A stretch of DNA of 64,000 nt from an uncultured Clostridia bacterium (GTDB lineage Bacteria; Bacillota; Clostridia; Christensenellales; Borkfalkiaceae). Within the stretch, counting starts at the first letter, position 1. Each line of letters begins with the position of its first letter. A program made the translations under genes and the position numbers. The notes beneath the pieces are model-generated. The model did no database searches. It was not told where the DNA came from and worked only from the letters and a program-made list of their open reading frames with translations. Of the stretch, positions 26,834 to 35,014 are shown in pieces. The stretch is from the NCBI GenBank assembly GCA_947624805.1, contig CANQLW010000001.1, positions 37,073-101,072 on the forward strand, in the 5' to 3' direction.

Positions 26834-27307
26834 TCAGAATGATTTCATAAAGTCCTCCAGCGACAGGCCGCCCCTGTCGAGCAGAAGGAATTTGTCGTTG
26901 TAGTGGTCGATCGTGAAGCAAGACACATCGATCATATAGGCGAGGAGCTGCTTGGAAATGAGGCTCCCGACAAAGCTCGAAGTGAGCTTGAACATGATCT
27001 TCCCCGTCTCGTACTCATAATCGAAGCAGCCGTCGGCGAGCTTGTAGTTTGCATGGCTCGTCGCGATTGCGCCGTCGACGCGCTTTTCGGGGCTGAAAGC
27101 GAAGGGGAGCATGGACATCATGATGACGAGGTCGCGCTCCAAGTCGACGTGGATGAGAAATTCCATGGGAATATCTTCCCCGTTCACGGTGAAGTGCACG
27201 AGACGCTGGTCATCGACACGGTCGTACTTCCAATGTCTGTCGTCGAGCATTTCGAGAAGCGTAGAATAAACGGTATCGGCGTTTTTAGTTGATTTCTGTT
27301 CTGCCAT
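26834..27307 (-). CDS. YbjN-like (T3SS-chaperone-fold) protein, paralog 2
   Basis: 157 aa. It aligns by eye with the neighbouring 159-aa protein (LEMLDDRHWKYDR / CEMLDEKKWHYSK; DGCFDYEYETGKIMFKLTS / DGSFDFDYINGVIFFRLTS). The pattern fits YbjN-family proteins. Confidence 0.55.
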   Translation of the reverse strand: MAEQKSTKNADTVYSTLLEMLDDRHWKYDRVDDQRLVHFTVNGEDIPMEFLIHVDLERDLVIMMSMLPFAFSPEKRVDGAIATSHANYKLADGCFDYEYETGKIMFKLTSSFVGSLISKQLLAYMIDVSCFTIDHYNDKFLLLDRGGLSLEDFMKSF

Positions 27308-27322
27308 GTCTGTTTTCCTCCT

Positions 27323-27802
27323 TTAACTCTTCATGTAATTTACGATCGCGTCGTTGTCCATATCGCTCTTGGCAACCATCAGGAACTTATCGTTGAACCT
27401 GTCGATCGTCACGCAGGAGCAGAGCAGGATATACTCAAAGACAGGCTTGCCGATCAGGCTGTCGCGATAGCTCGAGGTCAGCCGGAAGAAGATCACACCG
27501 TTGATATAGTCGAAGTCGAAGCTGCCGTCCAAAATGCTGTGGTTGGCGCAGCTCGCGGCGACGGCCATCGCCGTACGCTTCTCTTCGGGAATCACAAACG
27601 GCATCGGGGAAAGCAAGAGGATGAGTTCGCGCTCGGCATCCACTTCGATCCTGATGTCCATCGGAAGATCATCCCCCCGTGCGCCGCAACTGATCACGAG
27701 GTTCTCTTCGTCTTTGCTGTAATGCCACTTCTTTTCGTCGAGCATTTCGCACAAAGACTTGAATGTGGCTTGCGCCAGCTTCATGTTTTTTTCGTCCGCC
27801 AT
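27323..27802 (-). CDS. YbjN-like (T3SS-chaperone-fold) protein, paralog 1
   Basis: 159 aa, paralogous to 26834-27307. RBS aaggaga lies upstream. Confidence 0.55.
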   Translation of the reverse strand: MADEKNMKLAQATFKSLCEMLDEKKWHYSKDEENLVISCGARGDDLPMDIRIEVDAERELILLLSPMPFVIPEEKRTAMAVAASCANHSILDGSFDFDYINGVIFFRLTSSYRDSLIGKPVFEYILLCSCVTIDRFNDKFLMVAKSDMDNDAIVNYMKS

Positions 27803-27823
27803 AATTCTCTCCTTGATTCTTTA

Positions 27824-29809
27824 TTAAAAACCGATCAGGGTTTTTTTCCGTCCGTTGAGGGCGAAATCCTTCTCGCAGCTCGCCCGCTCGAAGTCGTCCC
27901 GCGTGAGCGTGATCTCCCGCTTGTCTGCAAGCTGGCTGCGCATCGCCGCCTTCGCCCATGTGCGCTCGAACAAGTTCCTGACGAACCTGCCGTTGCTGAA
28001 TTCCTTGGAGTTCAGGATCTCCTCGGGGAAGTTGTCGAAATATTCCCTCGCCGCCGTGAGGAGGTCCTCCTCGTAGCGGAACTTCTTCTTGACCATGGAT
28101 GCAAAGATCCCGTAGAGCTCTTCACGGGTGAAGTTGGGGAACTCGATGGTATAGGGCATTCTGCTCGCGAGCCCGCGGTTGCCCTCCATGAGCTTCTCCA
28201 TATCGTCCGTATAGCCCGCCATGATGACGACAAAGTCCCCTCTGTGGTTCTCCATCTCCGCGACGAGGGTGTCGATCGCCTCTCTTCCGTAGTCGCGGCT
28301 GTTCGAATCGCCGCGGTAGAGGGAATAGGCCTCGTCGATGAAGAGAACGGAGCCGTACGCGTCACGGCAGATGCTCGCCGTCTTGGGCGCGGTCTCGCCG
28401 ATGTACTGCCCGCACAGGTCTCTCCCCTTGACCTCGAAGAAGTTGCCGATCCGCAGCACTCCCCGCTCTTTGAGGATCTTGCCGACGATACGGGCGACGG
28501 TCGTCTTGCCCGTGCCGGGGTTGCCGACGAAACGCATATGGATGCAGGGGCGCTCGGCGGCGCTTTCCCGCATGGAGAGCTCGATCTGTGCGACGATCTC
28601 GTCGATCTGCTTCTTGATCTTGTCGTTCCCGACGAGCGTTGCGAGCATTTCGGCGCCCGTGAGCCCGTCCTCACGCAGATAAGAACTCAGCTTCTTGGTA
28701 TCGTTCGCGGTGATGACGTTGCCCGTCTTCTTCCGCGCCGCATTGTCGAGCAGTTTGGTATAGATGAGCTCGCGCGTGACCTTTTTGATCGTATTGAGCC
28801 CGTAGAACTTCCCGTCGCTCTTCTCCTCGGAGATGCGCTCCTGAAAATATTTCCACGCGGCGGGGGAGACTTTGTAGCCGAACTCTGCGATCTCCCGCTC
28901 GGCAAGGACCTTGATCTCCTGTCTGCCGAAGGGCGGGAAGGAAAGCGTCTTGATGCAGATGAGGTCGTTGAGGGACTGTTTCAGGCTCTCCATGACGTCC
29001 TTCTCGACGAAGGGGATCCTGAAGACGACGACGAACTTATCCTTTGCCTTTTCGACGGCGCGCAGGAAGGTCTTGAAGCGGGCGTGCTCCATCCGCGTCA
29101 TCCATTCGCTGATGTCGATGCAGAGGATGCGTACATTGCTCCAGTCCGCCGTCGAGAGCACGTTCATGACCGCCGAGAAGGGCTCCATGTCGTCCTTGTA
29201 GGGTCCGAGCTTCTCCTCGATGACGGAGCAGCTGTGCATCTTGTCGAGATCGAGCGCCGTAAAGAGCTTGGCAAGCAGTCTGAGATAGGTGGAGAGCCCG
29301 CAGCCTTCCCCGATCGAGAACAGATAGTTCTGGTAGAAGAGCACGGATTCGAGCTTCTTGCTCTTGACTTCGGGGGCGACGGAGACGATCTCCCTCGCGA
29401 GCTTTTTGAGCTCATCGGCGCCGACGAGCCCGTCGATCTCCTTGAGCACGGCCCTGACGCTCCCGTCGTCTTCCTCTTCCTCCTCATCCTCATCGTTCGC
29501 ATCGGGGATTTGCTCCACCTCGGCGCCCTCCTCCGCCTCGGGGGCATCGGAGACGTTCATCGTGAGGATGTCGTCGATGTTTTCGAGCGGATATGCCGCC
29601 GAAAATGCCCATTGGACCTGTTCGGAGACCTTTTCCGTCTGCGCATCCTCCTTGATGAGAAGGGTCAGGGAGGTGAGTGTCTTTGCCGCCGATTCGACGA
29701 CGTCGAGCTTTTTGAGCTCCTCTGCAAGTGTGTCGATGGGAAGATGTTCGTCCTCCCTGTGCGACAGGACCCAGTTGGCGTCCAGTTCGATAATCAGTTG
29801 TTTTTTCAT
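27824..29809 (-). CDS. CbxX/SpoVK/EccA-type AAA+ ATPase with a degenerate N-terminal AAA-like module and an acidic linker
   Basis: Walker A is FVGNPGTGKTTVARIVGKIL and Walker B is VLFIDEAYSLY. GREAIDTLVAEMENHRGDFVVIMAGY is typical of the CbxX family. The N-terminal half has a degenerate loop, IGEGCGLST. Confidence 0.85.
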   Translation of the reverse strand: MKKQLIIELDANWVLSHREDEHLPIDTLAEELKKLDVVESAAKTLTSLTLLIKEDAQTEKVSEQVQWAFSAAYPLENIDDILTMNVSDAPEAEEGAEVEQIPDANDEDEEEEEDDGSVRAVLKEIDGLVGADELKKLAREIVSVAPEVKSKKLESVLFYQNYLFSIGEGCGLSTYLRLLAKLFTALDLDKMHSCSVIEEKLGPYKDDMEPFSAVMNVLSTADWSNVRILCIDISEWMTRMEHARFKTFLRAVEKAKDKFVVVFRIPFVEKDVMESLKQSLNDLICIKTLSFPPFGRQEIKVLAEREIAEFGYKVSPAAWKYFQERISEEKSDGKFYGLNTIKKVTRELIYTKLLDNAARKKTGNVITANDTKKLSSYLREDGLTGAEMLATLVGNDKIKKQIDEIVAQIELSMRESAAERPCIHMRFVGNPGTGKTTVARIVGKILKERGVLRIGNFFEVKGRDLCGQYIGETAPKTASICRDAYGSVLFIDEAYSLYRGDSNSRDYGREAIDTLVAEMENHRGDFVVIMAGYTDDMEKLMEGNRGLASRMPYTIEFPNFTREELYGIFASMVKKKFRYEEDLLTAAREYFDNFPEEILNSKEFSNGRFVRNLFERTWAKAAMRSQLADKREITLTRDDFERASCEKDFALNGRKKTLIGF

Positions 29810-29839
29810 GCGATATCCTTATCCGTTATTGATTTTTTG

Positions 29840-31945
29840 TCAGTGATTGGTAAATACGATGAGCTTGTCGTGCTTTTCGAGCTTGACGGGGATCTCCGTC
29901 TGGTCCCCCTCGAAGAGGGTGATCCTGCCGCCCGGTTTGACATAGCCGAGCACGACCGTGGGATTTTGCTTTTCCTTGGGGATCCCCCCGCCGACGGAGG
30001 CCTCCCAGACGCCGCGGATGAGCTCCGCCGCCGTGCACGCGGGCGGGATCTCGTCGAAGAAGGCGGACACCTTTTTCGTATAGATCTCCTTGCTGTCGTA
30101 CTCCTCCGTCTCCCCCGTGTCATAGGTCAGAATGTCCGTATAGAAGTCAAAGATCGCTTCCTTCTCGCCGATCTGTGTGATCATCTTGGAGATGTAACGG
30201 TTGCTGATAACGACGTTGTCCACGCTGTAACGGGAGACGATGTCGTGATGCTTGGGGTCGAGGATCTCGACGATGACGTCCACGCTCTCGGGGTCGAAGG
30301 CGGGATCCGCCTCCTTTTTCGCCGCGATGATGTCCTGTACATAGACAAGATTGGCGAGCGGGCGGGCGTCGATCTCCTCATTGAGGGCGGTATCGTCGGA
30401 GAGGATGAGAATACTCGTATCCTCTTTGTTGGCGTTGATGATCTCCTCGATCGAGGCGCAGATGAGGTCCTTATCGTAGACGCTCGCCGCGATCGTCCGC
30501 TTGACGAAGGGGTATTCCTCATAGCCGTTCATCTTTTCGAGGCTCTCGAGATCGTCGATCACGGCGATACGGAGGATCTCCTCCCCCTTCCTGTGCCACT
30601 CGTTCCAGAAGGCGCGGAAGCCCTCCATGATCTCGCGGATCTTGCTGTTGTGCCCGAGGATGACGACGTTTTTGCACTCGATCCAGTAGTTCCTGTTGAG
30701 GCGGATGTCGGGTGCCGCGGCCTTGTCGCCGCCGCCGCGGGCGATGTCGCGCTCCGAGGCCGCGGAATAGAACATATACCCGTTGCCCTTCTCCGCCATC
30801 GACGTGAGCGGGATCGCACACCTGTGCGAGGAGAGATAGTCCGTGACGAAAGCCGTCTCGTCCTCCACCGTCCTCTTCTCGGCGAAGAAGGTCGCACCCT
30901 TGTTGGAAAAGAGCTCCTTATAGACGAGGTTGAGCTCGGGCATGAGCGAGAACTGGGAGAGAAGCTGGCCGAGGATCTGGTTGATGCGTACGGGGATGAT
31001 GTTGCACTTCCCGTCCACCTGTTTGTATTTGATGATCTTGTTGACGAGCTCGAGCGTCCAGTCGTCCGAGATCTCGACGACGATCTTCTGCCCGTCCTCG
31101 GAGTAATCCGCCGAGGTGATGTCCGAGACGAGCATGAGCGTTTTGATCGTCTGTGCGTTGCCCTTGCTCTTGTCGCGGATCTTTTCACGGGTATCGTACT
31201 TGCAGACGGCGTTGTTGACGTCGTCCCCGAGGATGACGATGGATTCCGCCTTCTCGATCGCGATGTCGCGGAGGCGTTTGAGGGAGAACTCGTCCCCTTC
31301 CCGGATGATGACGGTGAGATTGCTCCTCCTGCGGCGGAAGAGATAGACAAGCCGCCCGAAGACACGATGCTTTTCGAGGCATTCCCGCAGCACCGCCTTG
31401 TTCTCGACGTGAAGGGTATCTGAGATCCGCTCGTCGATCTCCCGCTGGATCTCCTTCTTTCTGCCGCTCACGAGCACGACAACATACCGCTTTTTACGGC
31501 AATACAAAAGATCGTTGATGATCTCCGACGCCCGCGTGTTCCAGTTGAGGATGACGAAGTGGTGGGAGATCCTGAGTCTGCGGGAATCGGAATTGGAATC
31601 GGCGATAAAGCCCGAGATGTAGTTCGTGACATAACCGATGACGGCGCCTGTGAACGAGACCATGCCGATGAGGATGATGACGAGGCAGACGATGGCGACC
31701 GCGACACCCGACTCCCCGATGTCCGCGATGACGAACTGCACGCAGCCCGCGTCGAGGATCATCGTGATCGTATAAAACGCCGCCTCGAAGAAACCCATCT
31801 TCTCCGTCCCGTCCAGCGAGAAGGAGGAAATGATGAGCGCCGCGACGACCATAAAGACCACGTTGAAAAGAAGGATCGCCAGCAGGATGATCCTCCCCGG
31901 GTATTTCGCGAGCTGTATGCTGAACCATTCACGCAGTTTTTTCAT
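29840..31945 (-). CDS. CASTOR/POLLUX-like cation channel homolog (TM pore module + two RCK/TrkA-N-like domains)
   Basis: The start was reassigned to the ATG at 31945 (MKKLREWF...). TM helices are followed by the pore-like segment FFEAAFYTITMILDAGCVQF (compare the ADxGNH filter of CASTOR/DMI1). The RCK-like starts are HHFVILNWNTRASEIINDL and KNVVILGHNSKIREIMEGF. Confidence 0.7.
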   Translation of the reverse strand: MKKLREWFSIQLAKYPGRIILLAILLFNVVFMVVAALIISSFSLDGTEKMGFFEAAFYTITMILDAGCVQFVIADIGESGVAVAIVCLVIILIGMVSFTGAVIGYVTNYISGFIADSNSDSRRLRISHHFVILNWNTRASEIINDLLYCRKKRYVVVLVSGRKKEIQREIDERISDTLHVENKAVLRECLEKHRVFGRLVYLFRRRRSNLTVIIREGDEFSLKRLRDIAIEKAESIVILGDDVNNAVCKYDTREKIRDKSKGNAQTIKTLMLVSDITSADYSEDGQKIVVEISDDWTLELVNKIIKYKQVDGKCNIIPVRINQILGQLLSQFSLMPELNLVYKELFSNKGATFFAEKRTVEDETAFVTDYLSSHRCAIPLTSMAEKGNGYMFYSAASERDIARGGGDKAAAPDIRLNRNYWIECKNVVILGHNSKIREIMEGFRAFWNEWHRKGEEILRIAVIDDLESLEKMNGYEEYPFVKRTIAASVYDKDLICASIEEIINANKEDTSILILSDDTALNEEIDARPLANLVYVQDIIAAKKEADPAFDPESVDVIVEILDPKHHDIVSRYSVDNVVISNRYISKMITQIGEKEAIFDFYTDILTYDTGETEEYDSKEIYTKKVSAFFDEIPPACTAAELIRGVWEASVGGGIPKEKQNPTVVLGYVKPGGRITLFEGDQTEIPVKLEKHDKLIVFTNH

Positions 31946-31954
31946 TGTTATTTT

Positions 31955-31983
31955 ATTATAACAAAATATATCAGGTACGTCAA
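31955..31983 (-). promoter_or_regulatory. Candidate sigma-A promoter giving a (near-)leaderless channel mRNA
   Basis: Read on the minus strand: ttgacg (31978-31983), a 17-nt spacer, tataat (31955-31960), then only 9 nt (aaaataaca) to the ATG at 31945. There is no SD sequence. Confidence 0.45.
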
Positions 31984-32138
31984 CACTTTGACAAAAAATC
32001 ATAAAAAGATTTTTATTTTTCACAGATTCGGGATCAAATCCGACAAAATTTTCCTCCCGCGGCACAAGAACAGGGGCGGCGCCTGGGGGGAAGAAGGGGG
32101 GACGGAGAGCATTCCCTTGACTTTCTTTCCGAATTTTC

Positions 32139-32167
32139 TTGACAAAACCGTATTCTCATGGTATGAT
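32139..32167 (+). promoter_or_regulatory. Candidate extended -10 promoter of apgM
   Basis: ttgaca (32139-32144), a 17-nt spacer, then tgg+tatgat (32159-32167). A structured leader (ccgcccc ttcg gggcgg) precedes RBS aaaggag. Confidence 0.45.
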
Positions 32168-32245
32168 AAACACCGAAAAAAACCGATCGCGGGTCCGCCC
32201 CTTCGGGGCGGCTGCAATCAGGATCGGCAAAGGAGTTTTATCGCT

Positions 32246-33499
32246 ATGAACAAACAGATGTCCATCATTTCCAAGATCTCTAAGAAAAACGACAACAAGA
32301 TCTTATTCCTCGTCGCAGACGGGCTGGGCGGAATGTGCCATCCCGACTATGACAACAAGTCCGAGCTCGAATATGCAAACCTTCCCGCCCTCGACAGATT
32401 CGCCGCAGACGTCCGTACGGACACGGGTCTCATCTATCCCGTCATCCGCGGCGTCATCCCGGGGAGCGGCTCGGGGCACTTCGGGCTGTTCGGCTACGAT
32501 CCCACCGAGGAGGAATTCATGGTCGGGCGCGGCGCCCTCGAGGCAGCCGATCTCGAACCCGGCCTCGTCCGCCGCTCGGACATCGTCGCCCGCTTCAACT
32601 TCTGCTCCCTCGGCAAGGACGGAAAGGTCGCAGACCGCCGCGCGGGGCGCATTGCCGACGGGCATGAGTTCGCCGACATCATCAATGAAAAGGTCAAGGT
32701 CGAGGGCTACGACTTCACCGTCATCGCGACGAAGGGGTACCGCGGCGTCCTCGTCATCCGTGACAGCGAGGGAAGACTGAGCGACGAGATCACCGATACC
32801 GATCCCCAGTCCGAAGGGCTCCCCCTTCTCACCGTCACGCCGAGACAGAACGCCAAAAACGTCGAAGGGGCACAGCGCACGGCGGATTTCGTCAACGAAT
32901 TCAACAGACAGGTCACCGAGGTGCTCAAGGACCAGCCGCTCGTCAACGGGCTCGTGATCCGCGGCTTCTCCAAATTCCCCACCCTGCCGAAGTTCGACGA
33001 CATCTATTCCACCCATTCGCTCGCCATCGCCTCCTTCCCCTTTTACCGCGGGATCGCATATCTTCTCGGCATGGACATCGCGCACGGCTGTCTCACCTTC
33101 GAGGACCAGATCGAGGCGCTCAAACAGAACTATGACAAGTACGATTTCTTCTATCTGCACTATAAGGATTCCGATTGCAGGGGCGAGGACAGGAATTTCC
33201 CCGGCAAGGTGCAGGCGCTCGAATATCTCGACTCTAAGCTCGATGAGATCCTCTCACTCGGCTTCGACACCGTCGTGATCACGGGCGACCACTCCACCCC
33301 TTCCTACATGGGCGCCCACAGCCATCACGCAGTGCCCCTCGCGATCCGCAGCAAGCGCAACCGCGGCGTGGACGAGAGCAAGAAGTTCGATGAGAGAGAG
33401 TTCTCCCACGGCTATCTCGGCACTGTCTACGGCAAGGACCTCATGATGATGGTGCTCGCAGCGGCCGGGCGGCTCGCAAAATCCGAAGACTTCATCTGA
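32246..33499 (+). CDS. apgM: Cofactor-independent phosphoglycerate mutase, archaeal/ApgM type (alkaline-phosphatase superfamily)
   Basis: The start was reassigned to the ATG at 32246 (MNKQMSIISK), after aaaggag. ILFLVADGLGG, PGSGSGHFGLFGYDP and VVITGDHSTPSYMGAHSHHAVPL fit the ApgM pattern. Length is 418 codons including the stop (417 aa). Confidence 0.75.
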   Translation: MNKQMSIISKISKKNDNKILFLVADGLGGMCHPDYDNKSELEYANLPALDRFAADVRTDTGLIYPVIRGVIPGSGSGHFGLFGYDPTEEEFMVGRGALEAADLEPGLVRRSDIVARFNFCSLGKDGKVADRRAGRIADGHEFADIINEKVKVEGYDFTVIATKGYRGVLVIRDSEGRLSDEITDTDPQSEGLPLLTVTPRQNAKNVEGAQRTADFVNEFNRQVTEVLKDQPLVNGLVIRGFSKFPTLPKFDDIYSTHSLAIASFPFYRGIAYLLGMDIAHGCLTFEDQIEALKQNYDKYDFFYLHYKDSDCRGEDRNFPGKVQALEYLDSKLDEILSLGFDTVVITGDHSTPSYMGAHSHHAVPLAIRSKRNRGVDESKKFDEREFSHGYLGTVYGKDLMMMVLAAAGRLAKSEDFI

Positions 33500-33510
33500 C
33501 GGGACACACG

Positions 33511-33548
33511 CAGCCGACGCCCTTTCCGACGTCGGCTGTATCTTTTTA
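33511..33548 (+). terminator. Rho-independent terminator after apgM
   Basis: cagccgacg (33511-33519) pairs with cgtcggctg (33530-33538), followed by tatcttttta. Confidence 0.6.
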
Positions 33549-33580
33549 TTATGCGGAATTTTTCCGCGGGAGACAAGGTC

Positions 33581-35002
33581 ATGAAAAAAACGCTCTCGGT
33601 CATCATAGGGCTTGCCGTCAACTTCATCCCCGCCGCGATCGTCGCAGGTCTGACGTGGTATTGGAACGTCCTGCCTTGGTATGCCGTCCTCATCCTCGTT
33701 CTTCTCGTCCTCGCCGTCGAGGGTCTCATCTTCTTTTTGACGGGATTCCGCAGGATCGGGATCACCGATTCGAGCAAGCGCCGCGGGGATTCCCAAAAAT
33801 TCGCCGAAATTTTGCAGGACGCGAGATCTTCCGTCGACTTCCTCGTCTCGTGGGGCGGGTCCCTTCCCGGGCTCTCCCGCGATTACAGACAGCAGTTCGA
33901 GGAAATGGTGTCGCGCGGGGTCAAGATCCGCATCCTCATGCTCAAACCCAACTCCTTCGGCGTGTATGAGCGTCTGCTCAGATCGGCAAAATGGACCCGC
34001 CGTTCCCACATCAACCAGATCGACGCATTCATCGAGTTCAAGGAAAACCGTATCACGGAGAACCACTGGGACGATTTCAGGATCGCCTTCTATGAAGAGG
34101 AGGCGTGCTGGTCGATGGCGATCGTCGACGGCCGTTTTGCCTCGGTCGGCTTCTACGGCGAAGGGGTCGGGCGGGATCATCCCTCCCTCGAACTTGCCAA
34201 GGGCAAAAACCCCAATCTCTTCGACTTCTTCCGTGAGACATACGAGACGATGTGGGAGCGCTGTTCGACCAAGAACACCATCCATACTTATACGAATTTC
34301 AGCCAGCTTCTCGAGGCGGACGAGCGGCGCAAAAGGCAGGGGCTCGTGTTCTGCTTCATCGGTCCGTGCGGCGCGGGGAAGACTTCGATCGTCAACAAAC
34401 TCCTCGATCGCCACAACTTCAGGCAGATCAAAACGACGACGACCAGACGCCAGCGCGACGCCTCGGAGGCGGTCTCGCAGTACAATTTCGTCACCTCGGA
34501 AGAATTCGACAGCATGATCGCCGAGGGCGGCTATGTCACGGCACGCTACTGCGACAACCGCTATGCGATCAGCCGCGACGACATCGCACAGTGGCGCAAC
34601 GGCGAGGAGGATTTCATCATGGACTCCATCTTCGACGCGGATGACCTTCGAGAGGCCTTCGGGAACCGTCTCGTGCTCATCTATGTCACGGCGTCCACAA
34701 AGCAGATCATGATCGACCGTGTCCGCGGCCGTTTCAAGAACTCCGTCTCCCTCCTGCAGCTGCGCAAAGAGCACGCGGACGTGATCGCGGCGAGCGCTCC
34801 CCTTTGCGATTACATCCTCATCACGGACGGAGAGCTCGACGATACCCTCGATGCAGCGGAACGTATCATCAAGGCGGCCAAAAAGAGCTATGCGGAATAC
34901 GGCCGCGTGCGTGCCTATGACAGCGACGCGGAGGAGTTCCTCGCCGACCGTAAACTCGACGGAGGGCAACTGCCCCGCGTCAACGAAAAAGTTATTCTGT
35001 AA
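33581..35002 (+). CDS. Membrane-anchored protein: 2 TM + unknown middle domain + C-terminal guanylate-kinase-like P-loop domain (paralog A)
   Basis: The start is probably the ATG at 33581 (MKKTLSVIIG); the track start at 33551 lies inside the terminator T-tract. The GK-like region is FCFIGPCGAGKTS...TTTTRRQRDASEAVSQYNFVTSEEFDSMIAEGGYVTARYCDNRYAIS. Confidence 0.7.
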   Translation: MKKTLSVIIGLAVNFIPAAIVAGLTWYWNVLPWYAVLILVLLVLAVEGLIFFLTGFRRIGITDSSKRRGDSQKFAEILQDARSSVDFLVSWGGSLPGLSRDYRQQFEEMVSRGVKIRILMLKPNSFGVYERLLRSAKWTRRSHINQIDAFIEFKENRITENHWDDFRIAFYEEEACWSMAIVDGRFASVGFYGEGVGRDHPSLELAKGKNPNLFDFFRETYETMWERCSTKNTIHTYTNFSQLLEADERRKRQGLVFCFIGPCGAGKTSIVNKLLDRHNFRQIKTTTTRRQRDASEAVSQYNFVTSEEFDSMIAEGGYVTARYCDNRYAISRDDIAQWRNGEEDFIMDSIFDADDLREAFGNRLVLIYVTASTKQIMIDRVRGRFKNSVSLLQLRKEHADVIAASAPLCDYILITDGELDDTLDAAERIIKAAKKSYAEYGRVRAYDSDAEEFLADRKLDGGQLPRVNEKVIL

Positions 35003-35014
35003 GGAGGCAGGGCG

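Noticed and set aside
27539-31423. 1294-aa plus-strand ORF spanning the AAA+ and channel genes
   Set aside because: It is antisense to two well-supported genes (Walker motifs, RCK domains). The translation is a D/E/R/L/V-rich repeat-like sequence with no recognisable domain.
29840-32065. Longer 741-aa version of the channel ORF starting at 32065
   Set aside because: The extra 40 codons translate the AT-rich promoter region and precede a near-consensus -35/-10 pair. The hydrophobic N-terminus begins at the Met at 31945.
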